Assembly: GCA_023433775.1 (NCBI GenBank)
Contig: JAEYTY010000151.1
Span: forward strand, 3,715-67,714
Length of the DNA stretch: 64,000 nucleotides
From: Pseudomonadota bacterium
GTDB lineage: Bacteria; Pseudomonadota; Alphaproteobacteria; Rhizobiales; Devosiaceae
Direction: 5' to 3'
Part shown: piece after piece, positions 11,786-23,436 of the stretch
Layout: each line of letters begins with the position of its first letter
Position numbering within the stretch: the first letter of the stretch is position 1
Program-made: the position numbers and the translations under genes
Notes under the pieces: model-generated
Told to the model about the DNA's origin: nothing
Database searches by the model: none
What the model saw: only the letters and a program-made list of their open reading frames with translations

Positions 11786-14700
11786 TCACTCCGCCGCCAC
11801 AATCCCTGGACCAGGAATGTAATTCAGGATCGGCCCAAGCCACCGCTCGACCTCCTGCACGTCCATGCCCTTGCGCTGTGCATAGTCGATGACCTGATCG
11901 CGCTCCACCTTGGCGACACCGAAATAATAGGCATCCGGATGGCTGTAATACATGCCAGAAACGCTCGAACCCGGCCACATGGCAAAGCTCTCGGTCAGCG
12001 TTACGCCGACCGTCTTTTCCGCGTCGAGCAGCCGGAACAGCGTCGTCTTTTCGGTATGGTCAGGCTGCGCCGGATAACCCGGGGCAGGGCGAATACCCTG
12101 ATAGGTTTCGCCGATCAGTTCTTCATTGCTGAGCGTTTCATCCGCGGCATAGCCCCAGAATTCGCGGCGCACCCGCTTGTGCATGAATTCGGCCATGGCT
12201 TCGGCAAAGCGGTCGGCCAAAGCCTTCACCAGAATAGACGAATAGTCGTCATTGGCCCGCTCATAGCGCTCGGCAATCGCCACTTCCTCGATACCGGCCG
12301 TCACCACGAAGCCGCCGAGATAATCCGGCTTGCCGCTGTCGTCCGGCGCCACGAAATCGCTCAGCGCCATGTTCGGCTTGCCATCGCGCTTTGAAAGTTG
12401 CTGGCGCAGGGTGAAGAACGTGTCGAGCGTCTCCTTGCGGCTCTCGTCGGCATAAAGCCGCACATCGTCGCCCACCGCGTTTGCAGGCCAGAACCCGACC
12501 ACTGCCTTGGGCACAAACCATTTTTCGTCGATGATCCGTGCCAGCATGGCCTGCGCATCGGCCCATAGCGCCCGCGCTGCCTCGCCCTGCTTTTCATCCT
12601 CGAGGATTGCCGGAAAACGCCCCTTCAATTCCCAGGTCTGGAAGAAGGGCGTCCAGTCGATATAGGTCGCCAGTTCGGCCAGGTCGAAATCCTCGAACAC
12701 TTTCGTGCCGAGGAAACTCGGCTTCGGCGGCGTATAGGCGGACCAGTCCGGCCGGAAGGCATTTTCTCGCGCCGAGCTAAGCGGTAACCGCTTCTTTTCT
12801 GATTCCGCCCGCTCATGCGCCGCTGCTGCCTTGGCATATTCGGCCCGTACCTGATCGATAAAGGTCACCTTGGTGTCCTGCGACAGCAGGCTCGAAACCA
12901 CGCCCACGGCACGGCTTGCGTCATTCACATAGACTGCCTGACCACGCTCATAGCGCGGATGGATTTTCACCGCCGTATGCACGCGGCTGGTCGTCGCTCC
13001 GCCGATCAACAGGGGAATATCAAAGCCCTCACGCTCCATTTCGGCTGCCACATGCACCATCTCGTCGAGCGAAGGCGTTATCAGCCCGGAGAGACCAATG
13101 ATGTCGACCTTTTCCTCGCGCGCCGTGTCGAGAATCTTCTGCGTCGGCACCATGACGCCGAGATCGATGATCTCGTAATTATTGCAGGCCAGAACCACGC
13201 CCACGATATTCTTGCCGATATCGTGCACATCGCCCTTCACCGTCGCCATCAGCACTTTTCCGGCGCTTTGCCGCCCGGCAGCATCGCCATTGGCGTCCTT
13301 TTCTGCCTCCATATAGGGCATGAGATAGGCCACCGCCTGCTTCATCACCCGCGCCGATTTCACCACCTGCGGCAGGAACATTTTGCCCGACCCGAACAGG
13401 TCACCCACCACATTCATCCCGGCCATCAGCGGGCCCTCGATAACGTGCAATGGCCGCGCCGCTTCTTGCCGCGCCACTTCCGTGTCGCTCTCGATGAATT
13501 CGGTAATGCCATTGACCAGCGCGTGGGTGATGCGCTCACCCACCGGCAATTCGCGCCAGCTCATGTCCTTGGCTTTGCCTTCGCCGCCGGCCTGGCCCCT
13601 ATAGCGCTCGGCCAGTGCCAGCAGGCGATCGGTCGAATCCTCCCGCCGGTTGAGGACAACGTTCTCGCAGGCCTCGCGCAATTCCGGGTCGATGCTTTCA
13701 TAGACCGCCAGCTGCCCGGCATTGACGATGCCCATGTCCATGCCGACCTTGATGGCATGGTAGAGGAACACCGCGTGCATGGCCTCGCGCACCGGCTCAT
13801 TGCCCCGGAACGAGAAGCTCAGGTTCGAGACGCCGCCCGAAATATGTACGTGGGGCAGGGTGTCGACGATCCGCCGCGTCGCCTCGATGAAGTCGACGCC
13901 GTAATTATTGTGCTCCTCGATACCCGTCGCCACGGCGAACACATTGGGGTCGAAGATGATGTCTTCCGGCGGGAATCCAACTTCCTCGGTCAGCAGCTTA
14001 TAGGCGCGGGTACAGATCTCGACCTTGCGCTCTTCCGTATCGGCCTGTCCGGTTTCGTCAAAGGCCATCACCACCACGGCCGCGCCATAGGCGCGCACCA
14101 GCCGCGCGTGATGCAGAAACGCCTCTTCGCCTTCCTTCATCGAGATGGAATTGACCAGCGCCTTGCCCTGCACGCATTTTAGCCCCGCCTCGATCACGTC
14201 CCACTTGGACGAGTCGATCATCAGCGGCACCTTTGCGATGTCGGGTTCTGCCGCCAGTAGGTTGAGGAACTCGATCATCACCTGCTTAGAGTCAATCAGG
14301 CCCTCATCCATATTGATGTCGATGATCTGGGCGCCATTGGCCACCTGGTCGCGCGCCACTTCCAGCGCCGCCGTATAATCACCCGCCGTGATCAGCTTGC
14401 GGAACCGCGCCGAGCCGGTGACATTGGTCCGCTCGCCGATATTGACGAAGGGAATGTCCTTGGTCAGCGTAAATGGCTCCAGCCCCGCCAGCCGCAGCAG
14501 CGGCTTCACTTCGGGAATAGCGCGCGGTTTGTGCCGGCCCACGGCCTCGGCAATGGCGCGGATATGGTCCGGCGTCGAGCCGCAGCAGCCGCCGACAATG
14601 TTGACATAACCCGCCTTGGCAAAGCCTTCGATCTGCTCGGCCATGAATTCGGGCGTTTCGTCATACTGGCCAAAGGCATTGGGCAGGCCGGCATTGGGAT

Positions 14701-15550
14701 AGGCGCAGATCAGCGTATCGGCGACATCGGACAATTCGCCCAGATGCTCGCGCATGGCATTGGCGCCCAGCGCGCAATTGAGCCCGATGGTGATCGGATT
14801 GGCGTGGCGCACCGAATACCAGAAGGCGCTCGGCGTCTGGCCGGACAGCGTCCGCCCCGAAAGGTCTGTAATCGTGCCCGAGAGCATGATCGGCACATCA
14901 ATGCCGCGCTCCTCGAACAGCCGCTGCGCCGCAAAGATGCCCGCCTTGGTGTTGAGCGTATCGGTAATCGTCTCGAACAGCAGCAGGTCCGCGCCCGCAT
15001 CCACCAGCCCGCGAATGGCCTCGCCATAAACGCCCACCAGGTCATCGAACGTAATCGCGCGGTGCCCGGGGCTGTTGACGTCGGTGGACATGGACGAGGT
15101 CTTGTTGGTCGGCCCGAGCGCACCCGCCACGAACCGCCGCTTGCCATCTTCGGCCTCGGCGCGCTGGGCCGCCCGCCGCGCCACCAGCACGCCCTGATAA
15201 TTGATGTCGTAGACCGCTTCTTCACAGGCATAATCGGCCTGCGCCACAGAGGTTGCCGAAAATGTATTGGTCTCGGCAATATCCGCTCCGGCCATGAAAT
15301 AGGCGTAGTGGATATCCTCGATCATCTGCGGCTCGGTCAGCACCAGCAGGTCATTGTTGCCCTGCAGCGGCAATTTCCAGTCGCGGAACCGCTCGCCCCG
15401 GAAATTCTCCTCCGCCAGCCCCAGCCGCTGGATCATCGTGCCCATGGCGCCGTCGAGGATCAGGATGCGCTCGCGCGCCGCCGCGCTCAGCGCAGCGCGC
15501 ACTTCAGTCCAGTCGGGCAGGCTTGTCGGCTGATTAGGGGAGGGGCTCAT
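11786..15550 (-). CDS. metH: Cobalamin-dependent methionine synthase
   Basis: [40 protein letters not shown] motifs; 1254 aa. Confidence 0.99.
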   Translation of the reverse strand: MSPSPNQPTSLPDWTEVRAALSAAARERILILDGAMGTMIQRLGLAEENFRGERFRDWKLPLQGNNDLLVLTEPQMIEDIHYAYFMAGADIAETNTFSATSVAQADYACEEAVYDINYQGVLVARRAAQRAEAEDGKRRFVAGALGPTNKTSSMSTDVNSPGHRAITFDDLVGVYGEAIRGLVDAGADLLLFETITDTLNTKAGIFAAQRLFEERGIDVPIMLSGTITDLSGRTLSGQTPSAFWYSVRHANPITIGLNCALGANAMREHLGELSDVADTLICAYPNAGLPNAFGQYDETPEFMAEQIEGFAKAGYVNIVGGCCGSTPDHIRAIAEAVGRHKPRAIPEVKPLLRLAGLEPFTLTKDIPFVNIGERTNVTGSARFRKLITAGDYTAALEVARDQVANGAQIIDINMDEGLIDSKQVMIEFLNLLAAEPDIAKVPLMIDSSKWDVIEAGLKCVQGKALVNSISMKEGEEAFLHHARLVRAYGAAVVVMAFDETGQADTEERKVEICTRAYKLLTEEVGFPPEDIIFDPNVFAVATGIEEHNNYGVDFIEATRRIVDTLPHVHISGGVSNLSFSFRGNEPVREAMHAVFLYHAIKVGMDMGIVNAGQLAVYESIDPELREACENVVLNRREDSTDRLLALAERYRGQAGGEGKAKDMSWRELPVGERITHALVNGITEFIESDTEVARQEAARPLHVIEGPLMAGMNVVGDLFGSGKMFLPQVVKSARVMKQAVAYLMPYMEAEKDANGDAAGRQSAGKVLMATVKGDVHDIGKNIVGVVLACNNYEIIDLGVMVPTQKILDTAREEKVDIIGLSGLITPSLDEMVHVAAEMEREGFDIPLLIGGATTSRVHTAVKIHPRYERGQAVYVNDASRAVGVVSSLLSQDTKVTFIDQVRAEYAKAAAAHERAESEKKRLPLSSARENAFRPDWSAYTPPKPSFLGTKVFEDFDLAELATYIDWTPFFQTWELKGRFPAILEDEKQGEAARALWADAQAMLARIIDEKWFVPKAVVGFWPANAVGDDVRLYADESRKETLDTFFTLRQQLSKRDGKPNMALSDFVAPDDSGKPDYLGGFVVTAGIEEVAIAERYERANDDYSSILVKALADRFAEAMAEFMHKRVRREFWGYAADETLSNEELIGETYQGIRPAPGYPAQPDHTEKTTLFRLLDAEKTVGVTLTESFAMWPGSSVSGMYYSHPDAYYFGVAKVERDQVIDYAQRKGMDVQEVERWLGPILNYIPGPGIVAAE

Positions 15551-15604
15551 CGCCGTCTCGCTTTCAGGTGGTCAATCGCACCGGGCGATCCGGCGCTGCA
15601 GGCA

Positions 15605-15628
15605 TGACATAAAGATATCTTTATATCA
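15605..15628. promoter_or_regulatory. Palindromic operator upstream of metH, likely SahR-type site
   Basis: Perfect palindrome ATAAAGATATCTTTAT (15609-15624) about 60 bp upstream of metH; resembles the alphaproteobacterial SahR operator as recalled. Confidence 0.65.
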
Positions 15629-15800
15629 GTCAAGGTCCAAGACATGTCTTGGCGCCCCCGGGGCGATTTATCGAAAATGTTCCTCACCCCGCTAACGCTT
15701 CATTGGCCTTAACCTCCCCTAAACCGTAAAATTGTTCGCTTCTGTATCCGCCGGACGCATCGCGTTATCGTTCCGCGCGAATATCCCTGTGTGTTGAGTA

Positions 15801-16865
15801 TTGCGTACCGTGACGACCTCCTGGCGCAGCGCCGTCCGTATGATCGCCCTTTTTGCCCTCGTGGCCCCGATGATTGCCGCCTGCGCGACAGGTGGCGGGT
15901 TGGGTGCCACCGTCAAGCGGGGCGCCTTCACCTCCAAGGAATATGGCGTCGCCGTTTCGCCGCGCGTCACGTCCAACCCCAATCCGCCCAAGGGTGGCGG
16001 CCGCTATCAGGTCGGCAAACCCTATACGGTGCGCGGCAAAACCTATGTGCCGCAACACGATCCGTCCTATTCCGCCTCCGGCAGCGCCTCCTGGTATGGC
16101 TCCGATTTCCATGGCCGGCGCACCGCCAATGGCGAAATCTTCTCCGCCAATGCCATCACCGCGGCCCATCCGACCCTGCCTTTGCCCTCCTATGTCCGCG
16201 TAACCAATCAGGACAATGGCCGCTCGGTCGTCGTGCGCGTCAATGATCGTGGCCCCTATGTCTCGGGCCGCATCATCGACCTCAGCTATCGCGCCGCCTC
16301 CATGCTGGGCTATGTTAACAAGGGCTCCACCAATGTGCGCGTCGAATATGTCGGCCAGGCGCCGCTTGAGGGCGACGATACCCGCATGTTGGTCGCCTCC
16401 TATACCGGCCCCAACGATTTCGATTCCGGCCCTATTCGCGTGGCCAGCTCCGGCGGTTCCGGCCAAAGCGGGCGCAGCCTTGTCGGCATGACCACCAATT
16501 TCCTCGGCAATCTGTTCTCTTACGCCGATACCACGCCCGAACAGGCGGACCGCAACATCACCAGCGCCCATGCTGCCGTCAATGCCATGGCAACCAGCTC
16601 GGGCGATCTCGCCGCCTGGGCCGCCAGCGTCGATGCGGATAAGCGCGCCGTCCATATGGTTCTGGGCACCTTCGCCGATGCGGGTAACGCCATTGAGCTC
16701 GCCCAGCAATTCGCCGTGCTCGGCGCGGTGACGGAAGAACCGGTAACAACCAATGGCCGTTCGGCCACGCGTCTCGTGCTGACGCAGCTCAAGCCCGGCG
16801 TCGCCCCGGAGGATGCGGTCAATTTGGCGCGAGATCTTGGCCTGAACGACATAATTCTCAATTAA
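15801..16865 (+). CDS. rlpA: Septal ring lytic transglycosylase RlpA family lipoprotein
   Basis: Lipobox IAAC; ASWYG..FHGRRTANGE, AAHPTLPLPS, RVNDRGP, RIIDLS motifs; start codon uncertain. Confidence 0.92.
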   Translation: MRTVTTSWRSAVRMIALFALVAPMIAACATGGGLGATVKRGAFTSKEYGVAVSPRVTSNPNPPKGGGRYQVGKPYTVRGKTYVPQHDPSYSASGSASWYGSDFHGRRTANGEIFSANAITAAHPTLPLPSYVRVTNQDNGRSVVVRVNDRGPYVSGRIIDLSYRAASMLGYVNKGSTNVRVEYVGQAPLEGDDTRMLVASYTGPNDFDSGPIRVASSGGSGQSGRSLVGMTTNFLGNLFSYADTTPEQADRNITSAHAAVNAMATSSGDLAAWAASVDADKRAVHMVLGTFADAGNAIELAQQFAVLGAVTEEPVTTNGRSATRLVLTQLKPGVAPEDAVNLARDLGLNDIILN

Positions 16866-16932
16866 TTCTAGCTATTCCGGCATTATGGGGCGATATGCTC
16901 CAAAAAATGCCTGAAATGCAGGGGAATGCCGC

Positions 16933-18075
16933 GTGAGATTGCTGTTCGCCATTGCTGCGCTGCTGGCCATGATTGTGCCGGCTGCTGCGCAGGCCGAGTT
17001 CGATACCAAGGCCCGCTTTGCCGTGCTGATGGATTATGAATCGGGAACCGTCATCTTCCAGAAGGATGCCGATGCGCGCCTGGAACCAGCCAGCATGACC
17101 AAGCTGATGACGCTGGCCGTGGTGTTCAATGAAATCCGCGCGGGCCGCGTTTCTCTCGATGATCTTTTCTTTGTCTCGGAAAACGCCTGGCGCACCGGCG
17201 GTGCGGCCTCTGGCGGCTCGACCATGTTTGCCGAGCTCAATTCGCAGATCCGCGTCGAAGACCTGATCCGTTCCGTCATCATCCAGTCGGGCAATGACGC
17301 GGCAATCATCCTCGCCGAAGGCATTGCCGGCTCCGAAGGCACTTTTGCGGTGATGATGAACGAGTTGGCCGGCCAATTGGGCCTCACCGGTTCCAACTTC
17401 ACCAATTCGACCGGACTGCCGGACCCGAATGAATATTCGACCGCCCGCGACCTCGCCAATCTGGGCCGCTACCTGATCCGCGAATATCCCGAATATTACC
17501 ACTATTTCTCCGAGCCGGAGATGGAGTGGAACAATATAAAACAGGCCAACCGCAATTCGCTGATCGAGGTCGGCATTGGCGTTGATGGCCTGAAGACCGG
17601 CCATACCGACGCGGCTGGCTATGGCTCTGTCGTCTCAACCGCCCAGGGCGACCGTCGCCTGGTCGCGGTCGTCCATGGGCTTGAAACGATGCGGGATCGC
17701 GCCGAGGAAGGCCGCAAGCTCCTCACTTGGGGCGCTCGCGCCTTCGAAAAATTCTCGCCATTCCCCGACGGCGCGATTGTAGGCTTTGCCGATGTCTATG
17801 GCGGCGAAACCGGCAGCGTGGGCCTTGTCGGGCAGGGCGAACTCGCGCTCTATCTCCCACGCGGCTCCCGCCAATGCCTCACAGCCAGCATCAATTATAC
17901 CGGCCCGCTCATGCCACCTGTCAGGCAGGGCGATCAGGTCGCGGAACTGCGCGTGTTCTGCAACGACCAGCTCGTTCAGGCTGCACCGCTCTACGCCGCC
18001 GAAACCGTCGCACAGGGCGACCTCGTCCGCCGCGCCACGGATGCACTGAAGCAGCTGGCATTAGGTTGGCTCTAA
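16933..18075 (+). CDS. D-alanyl-D-alanine carboxypeptidase (PBP5/6 family)
   Basis: SxxK (ASMTK), SGN and KTG motifs; signal peptide. Confidence 0.95.
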   Translation: MRLLFAIAALLAMIVPAAAQAEFDTKARFAVLMDYESGTVIFQKDADARLEPASMTKLMTLAVVFNEIRAGRVSLDDLFFVSENAWRTGGAASGGSTMFAELNSQIRVEDLIRSVIIQSGNDAAIILAEGIAGSEGTFAVMMNELAGQLGLTGSNFTNSTGLPDPNEYSTARDLANLGRYLIREYPEYYHYFSEPEMEWNNIKQANRNSLIEVGIGVDGLKTGHTDAAGYGSVVSTAQGDRRLVAVVHGLETMRDRAEEGRKLLTWGARAFEKFSPFPDGAIVGFADVYGGETGSVGLVGQGELALYLPRGSRQCLTASINYTGPLMPPVRQGDQVAELRVFCNDQLVQAAPLYAAETVAQGDLVRRATDALKQLALGWL

Positions 18076-18086
18076 GCCGTGCCGTA

Positions 18087-18237
18087 GGCAAATTCGCTCC
18101 GGTGGAGCGAATTTAGGTGAAGAGGCCTTGAGAGCTACGCTCGAAAGGCGGGCAAACCGACCGCTGTGCGGCAAAATCCGTCCGGTGGACGGATTTTAGG
18201 TTCAAAGGCCATGAAGGCTATGTCTGAATGGCGGGCA
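18087..18237. repeat. Two tandem copies (83-bp period) of a double-hairpin intergenic repeat
   Basis: Copies 18087-18154 and 18170-18237 share a TCCGGTGGA-centred hairpin and a GCC(T/A)T...A(A/T)GGC hairpin; third copy at 39360-39419. Confidence 0.8.
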
Positions 18238-18321
18238 GAACCATGCATCAGGCGAACTCGCTTCTTTCCGCGCCCGGCCATGTGACCTAAATTAGCAGCG
18301 GATAACGGAATCACCTTGCCA

Positions 18322-19008
18322 ATGCTTGAATCGACCCAGCGACGCCCCGCCCGGTTCATCACCTTTGAAGGCGGCGAAGGCGTGGGAAAATCCACGCAGG
18401 TCAAGCGCCTGCTTGCCCGCCTGAACCGGCAGTCGATCGAGGCCGTGCGCACGCGCGAGCCCGGCGGCACGCCCAAGGCCGAGGCCGTGCGCTCTTTCAT
18501 CCTGCAAGGCCGGTCCGAGCCTTGGGGCCCCGGCGCCGAAGCCGTGCTCTTTGCTGCGGCCCGCCTCGATCACGTCAATCAGCTTGTGGCGCCAAATCTG
18601 GCGCGCGGTATCTGGGTCGTATCTGATCGCTTCCACGATTCCACCCGGGCCTATCAAGGCCTCACTGGTGGCGTGGACGACAAGCTCATCGATGCCCTCG
18701 AAGTGCTGGCGCTCGACGGGCACACACCCGATCTCACCATCATGCTCGACATGGACCCAGAAATTGCCTTCCGGCGGGTGGCTGATCGCGCCGTCGAGGA
18801 TGGTCTCGCGCTGACCGGTGACCGCTTCGAGAAGGAAGAGCTCGAGTGGCATCAGCGCCTGCGCCAGGGCTTTCTCGATATTGCGCGCGCCAATCCTGAT
18901 CGCTGTGTGGTCATATCGGCCGAGCAGCCCGAGGAAGCCCTTGAGGCCGCTATCTGGAAAACGGTCAGCACGCGCTTTCCCGAGCTTCAGAGCGGACAAA
19001 CGGCGTGA
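18322..19008 (+). CDS. tmk: Thymidylate kinase
   Basis: FITFEGGEGVGKSTQ, TREPGGT, DRF.DST.AYQG motifs. Confidence 0.97.
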   Translation: MLESTQRRPARFITFEGGEGVGKSTQVKRLLARLNRQSIEAVRTREPGGTPKAEAVRSFILQGRSEPWGPGAEAVLFAAARLDHVNQLVAPNLARGIWVVSDRFHDSTRAYQGLTGGVDDKLIDALEVLALDGHTPDLTIMLDMDPEIAFRRVADRAVEDGLALTGDRFEKEELEWHQRLRQGFLDIARANPDRCVVISAEQPEEALEAAIWKTVSTRFPELQSGQTA

Positions 19009-20030
19009 CCGATCCCGCAGCCCTTGAAGGCCTGCCTCTGCCCGAGCAGCGGCAGAAGGCCCTGGGCCATGATGCCGTCCGCGACGCCATCCTTGCCCAA
19101 TTGGCCGAACGCCGCCTGCCGGGTGCTATCCTGCTGCATGGCCCGCAAGGCGTCGGCAAGGCTACGCTGGCCTTCGAGCTGGCCGCCGCCATCCTCACCG
19201 CCACAGGCGATGAACCGCTGGAGCGCGTGCATGAGCAGATCGCGGCGCTCTCCCATCCCAATCTTTCGGTGCTGCGCCGCCGCCTCAAGGACAGCAAAAG
19301 CTATTACACCGTCATCCGTGTCGAAGAGGTCCGCGACCTGCGCGCGGCCCTGCATCACACTAGGGGCAGGGCAGGGCACCGCATCGCCGTCATCGACAGC
19401 ATCGATGATTGCAATCCGGCCGCCGCCAATGCCCTCCTCAAGACCCTGGAAGAGCCGCCACCGGAAACGCTCTTCTTTCTCATTTCCCATCGCCCCGGCT
19501 CGCTTCTGCCGACCATTCGCTCGCGCTGCCACAATCTGGCGCTGCGGCCTTTGCCCGACGCAGTTCTCCGCGACATCGTCTCGGCGGAACGGCCCGGTCT
19601 CGATGCGGCCACGCTTGACCGCGCCGTGCAACTGGCTAATGGCCGCCCCCGCCGCGCCTTCGAAACGCTTGCCCTGGAGGAAAACTCCGCCGTTGGCGCC
19701 TTGCAGCTCTGGCTGCGCCAGCCTGATGCAGCACCCATTGCCGCCGAACTCCAGCTTGCCGATGCCCTGGGCAGCGACCCGCAGGGGCCGGACATGTCCT
19801 TTGCCCGTGAGATGCTTGCCGACTGGATGGCCGAGGAAATGCGCCAATCGGCGCTGACGGGTGGCGATCGCAGGCGTCTTGCCTCGGCAACCGAGCTATG
19901 GGACAAGGCCCACGCGCTTCTGGCTGAAGCCGACAGTGTCAATCTCGACATGAAACAGACGCTTGTCGTGATATTTGACGCCATCCGGAAGCATTGCGCC
20001 CTGACCGCCTATTCCATCGAGCCACAATGA
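19005..20030 (+). CDS. holB: DNA polymerase III subunit delta-prime
   Basis: [31 protein letters not shown] motifs; tmk-holB-metG synteny. Confidence 0.95.
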   Translation: MTDPAALEGLPLPEQRQKALGHDAVRDAILAQLAERRLPGAILLHGPQGVGKATLAFELAAAILTATGDEPLERVHEQIAALSHPNLSVLRRRLKDSKSYYTVIRVEEVRDLRAALHHTRGRAGHRIAVIDSIDDCNPAAANALLKTLEEPPPETLFFLISHRPGSLLPTIRSRCHNLALRPLPDAVLRDIVSAERPGLDAATLDRAVQLANGRPRRAFETLALEENSAVGALQLWLRQPDAAPIAAELQLADALGSDPQGPDMSFAREMLADWMAEEMRQSALTGGDRRRLASATELWDKAHALLAEADSVNLDMKQTLVVIFDAIRKHCALTAYSIEPQ

Positions 20031-21577
20031 CAGCCAAGCCCTTCTACGTCACCACTGCGATTTCCTATCCCAATGGCGCGCCCCATATCGGCCACGCCTA
20101 TGAGATGATCGCCACCGACGCCATCGCCCGCTGGAAGCGGCTTGAGGGCAGGGACGTCTATTTCCTCACCGGCACCGACGAGCATGGCATCAAGATGGTG
20201 CAGACCGCGGCCAAGGAAGGCATTCCGGTCCGCGAACTGGCTGATCGCAATGCCGGCGAATTCCGCCGCCTTGCCGAGCTGCTCAATCTCTCGAACAACG
20301 ACTTCATCCGCACCACCGAAGAGCGTCACCACAAGGCCTCGCAGGCCATCTGGAAGAAGATGGCCGAAAACGCTGACAGCGACATTTTCCAGTCCACCTA
20401 CAAGGGCTGGTATTCCGTCCGCGACGAGGCCTATTTCGACGAAGACGAGCTGACGGAGACAGACGGCAAGCGCTTTGCGCCCTCTGGCGCCGAAGTCGAA
20501 TGGGTCGAAGAGCCGACCTATTTCTTCCGCCTCTCGGCCTATCAGCAGAAGCTGCTCGATCTTTATGAAGCCAATCCGGACTTCATCGCGCCCAAAGAGC
20601 GGCGCAACGAAATCATCTCCTTCGTCAAAAGCGGCCTCAAGGATCTCTCCGTTTCGCGCACCACCTTTGACTGGGGCATTCCCGTTCCCGATGCGCCGGG
20701 CCACGTCATGTATGTCTGGGTCGACGCCCTGACCAATTACATCACCGGCGTCGGCTATCCCGATGTCGAGAACCCGCTGTTCAAAAAATTCTGGCCGGCG
20801 GACCTGCATGTCATCGGCAAGGACATCATCCGCTTCCACACCGTCTACTGGCCGGCTTTCCTGATGAGCGCCGGCATCGACGTGCAGCACCGCGTCTTCG
20901 CCCATGGATTCCTGACCGTCGACGGCCAGAAGATGAGCAAGTCGCTCGGCAATGTCATCGACCCGTTCCATCTGGTCGAAACCTTCGGCGCCGATGCCCT
21001 GCGCTACTTCTTCCTGCGCGAAGTCTCCTTCGGCAATGATGGCGACTACAGCCATGAAAAGCTGGTCAATCGCGTCAATGCCGACCTCGCCAACAACCTC
21101 GGCAATCTTGCGCAGCGCTCGCTCTCGATGATCAACAAGAACTGCGACGGCAAGGTGCCCGAATGCGGTCCGCTGACTGAAGCGGATAATTCAATCATCG
21201 CCGAAGTCACCGAGGCGCTAACGACGGCCCAGAAGGCCATGGACCAGCAACTGATCCATGAAGCCACCGGTGCCATCATCGCGGCGCTCAGCTCGGCCAA
21301 TAACTACTTCGCCGGACAGGAGCCATGGGCGCTCAAAAAGACCGATCCGGCCCGCATGGCAACCGTACTCTATGTTACGGCTGACACCGTTCGCCGGCTC
21401 GCAATTCCGATGCTTGCTTTCGTCCCGGCCTCTGCCGCGCGGCTTCTTGACCAGCTTGCGGTCGAAAATGACGACAGGACGCTGAGTGCTGCGCTCAACG
21501 CTAACAGTCTGCTAGCGAATACCGTTCTGCCGCTACCCCAGGGCGTATTTGCGCGCGTGGAAAAGCCGGCTGAGTGA
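20027..21577 (+). CDS. metG: Methionine-tRNA ligase
   Basis: HIGH and KMSKS motifs, GTDEHG, YVWVDAL; ATG at 20027 overlapping holB stop. Confidence 0.98.
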   Translation: MTAKPFYVTTAISYPNGAPHIGHAYEMIATDAIARWKRLEGRDVYFLTGTDEHGIKMVQTAAKEGIPVRELADRNAGEFRRLAELLNLSNNDFIRTTEERHHKASQAIWKKMAENADSDIFQSTYKGWYSVRDEAYFDEDELTETDGKRFAPSGAEVEWVEEPTYFFRLSAYQQKLLDLYEANPDFIAPKERRNEIISFVKSGLKDLSVSRTTFDWGIPVPDAPGHVMYVWVDALTNYITGVGYPDVENPLFKKFWPADLHVIGKDIIRFHTVYWPAFLMSAGIDVQHRVFAHGFLTVDGQKMSKSLGNVIDPFHLVETFGADALRYFFLREVSFGNDGDYSHEKLVNRVNADLANNLGNLAQRSLSMINKNCDGKVPECGPLTEADNSIIAEVTEALTTAQKAMDQQLIHEATGAIIAALSSANNYFAGQEPWALKKTDPARMATVLYVTADTVRRLAIPMLAFVPASAARLLDQLAVENDDRTLSAALNANSLLANTVLPLPQGVFARVEKPAE

Positions 21578-21585
21578 CGAAAATC

Positions 21586-22365
21586 ATGCTGATTGACAGT
21601 CATTGCCATCTCGATTTCGAGGCGCTTTCTGCCGATATCGACGGCGTCATGGCCCGCGCGAAAGCCGCGGGCGTCACCGGCATGGTCACGATTTCCACAC
21701 GTGTGGATAACTTTTCCACATATGCCAATCTGGCTGAGCGCTTTGACAATGTCTGGTGCTCCGTCGGCACCCATCCGCACAATGCGGATCAGGAATTGCA
21801 TATAGAAATCGAGGACTTAGTCCGCCTCAGCGCCCATCCGCGCTGCGTTGCCATCGGCGAGGCTGGCCTCGACTATTTCTACGACAATGCCCCGCGCGAG
21901 GCCCAGGCTATCGGTCTCCACCGCCATATCGCGGCCGCTCGAATCACAGGTCTTCCACTAATTATCCACAGCCGCGCTGCAGACGACGATATGGCCGCGA
22001 TCCTGGAGGAGGAAACCGGGCAGGGGGCTTTTCCCTTTGTTTTACATTGCTTTACCGCCGGAATGGACCTCGCCCAGCGCGCCCTGGCTCTCGGCGGCTA
22101 TATCTCCTTTTCCGGCATCATCACCTTCAAAAATGCCAAGGAAATTCAAGACGTTGCGGCTTTCGTGCCGGCCGATCGCTACATTGTAGAAACCGACGCG
22201 CCATATCTCGCACCAATCCCGCATCGCGGCCAGTCCAACGAGCCTTCCTATGTGCGGCATACAGCCGAAAAAGTCGCGGAAATACGGGGGCTTAGCCTCG
22301 AACAAGTGGGCCACGAAACCACCGCAAATTTCGGCCGCCTGTTCGCCAAAACCGGCATTCTGTAA
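21586..22365 (+). CDS. tatD: TatD family DNase/hydrolase
   Basis: DSHCHL, GTHPH, IGEAGLDY, HSR, ETDAPYLAP motifs. Confidence 0.95.
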   Translation: MLIDSHCHLDFEALSADIDGVMARAKAAGVTGMVTISTRVDNFSTYANLAERFDNVWCSVGTHPHNADQELHIEIEDLVRLSAHPRCVAIGEAGLDYFYDNAPREAQAIGLHRHIAAARITGLPLIIHSRAADDDMAAILEEETGQGAFPFVLHCFTAGMDLAQRALALGGYISFSGIITFKNAKEIQDVAAFVPADRYIVETDAPYLAPIPHRGQSNEPSYVRHTAEKVAEIRGLSLEQVGHETTANFGRLFAKTGIL

Positions 22366-23201
22366 TGTCTCAACCCGACCGGATTATCGCGACCATTCTG
22401 GGCTGCGGATCATCCGGCGGCGTACCCCGCATCGGCAATGACTGGGGCGTCTGCGATCCTCACGAACCGCGCAATCGCCGGCGTCGCTGCTCGCTCTTAA
22501 TCGAAGGCTGGCAAGAGGGAATTTCCGAGCCGACACGGGTACTTATCGATACCGGCGCCGACCTGCGCGAGCAACTTCTCGACGCAAAAGTCGACCGGGT
22601 CGACGCTGTTTTTTACACCCACGAACACGCCGACCACACCCACGGAATTGACGACCTCCGCGTCCTGGCGCTGCTCAACCGCCGCCGCGTCGACGTCTAT
22701 TTTTCTCCCGAATGCGGCGCACGCCTGCGCGAAGCCTTCGGCTATTGCTTCGCATCGCCGCCGGGCAGCAATTATCCGCCCATCCTCAACGCGCATGAAA
22801 TCGTTGCGGGCCAAACAGTTAGCGTCGAAGGTCCCGGCGGAGCGCTGTCCATTCGCGTCTTCGACCAGCTGCATGGCGACATCAATTCGCTGGGTTTTCG
22901 CATCAACGACCTGGCCTATAGCTGCGATCTTTCAGGGCTTCCGGCAGCCTCATACGAAGCTATCACTGGGCTGTCCGTCTGGATCATCGACGCCTTGCGG
23001 CCGACGCCGCATCCCAGCCATCTGAGCCTGCCAGAAACTCTTGAACTGATTGAGCATTTCGCGCCGCGCCAGGCTGTGCTCACCAATATGCACATCGATC
23101 TCGACTACGTCGCCACCGACCAGGCCACGCCCGGCAATGTCACGCCGGGCTTTGATGGAATGAAGATCGACGTCAGGCAAGGCGCGATCATCAACCGATA
23201 A
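22365..23201 (+). CDS. MBL-fold metallo-hydrolase (PhnP-like)
   Basis: LGCGSSGGVP, THEHADHTHGIDDLR, HPSH motifs. Confidence 0.93.
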   Translation: MSQPDRIIATILGCGSSGGVPRIGNDWGVCDPHEPRNRRRRCSLLIEGWQEGISEPTRVLIDTGADLREQLLDAKVDRVDAVFYTHEHADHTHGIDDLRVLALLNRRRVDVYFSPECGARLREAFGYCFASPPGSNYPPILNAHEIVAGQTVSVEGPGGALSIRVFDQLHGDINSLGFRINDLAYSCDLSGLPAASYEAITGLSVWIIDALRPTPHPSHLSLPETLELIEHFAPRQAVLTNMHIDLDYVATDQATPGNVTPGFDGMKIDVRQGAIINR

Positions 23202-23297
23202 AACCGCCTGAGCGGCCAGCACGAAGAACTTATCCCCGGGGCCAATTCCTCGTCTAAACTCAAGAGCTCTGGATTTCCTCGCTTTCGTCACATCAAA

Positions 23298-23325
23298 TTG
23301 TTCCATAATATATATTATGCGAAAA
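23298..23325 (-). other. Chromosomal dif site (XerCD recombination site)
   Basis: Minus strand reads TTTTCGCATAA-TATATA-TTATGGAACAA: 11-6-11 layout with the CGCATAA-N6-TTATG core of E. coli dif (GGTGCGCATAA TGTATA TTATGTTAAAT); intergenic; lies within the KOPS polarity switch. Confidence 0.9.
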
Positions 23326-23352
23326 CACGATGTAGCAATTTCGATGTGAACG

Positions 23353-23357
23353 CCGGC
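23353..23357 (+). repeat. Target-site duplication, left copy (CCGGC)
   Basis: CCGGC immediately before TGTCG; identical to 32789-32793. Confidence 0.92.
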
Positions 23358-23369
23358 TGTCGCTCGTTA

Positions 23370-23406
23370 TTGAATCTGGCACTGGCGATAATCGAATCTG
23401 TCACTG
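23370..23406 (+). repeat. Putative TnsB-binding sites at the dif-proximal end
   Basis: TTGAATCTGGCACTG (23370-23384) and TCGAATCTGTCACTG (23392-23406), 22-bp spacing, first site 12 bp from the terminus; possible degenerate third site at 23421-23435. Confidence 0.85.
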
Positions 23407-23436
23407 GACACCTGCCCTGGTGCAAGATGGCATGGC

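Noticed and set aside
15709..15724. CtrA-like boxes upstream of rlpA (and near ftsB, about 53948-53962)
   Set aside because: Imperfect matches only; too weak to report as features
21691..21970. oriC
   Set aside because: Boxes lie within tatD next to dif, and KOPS converge here instead of diverging
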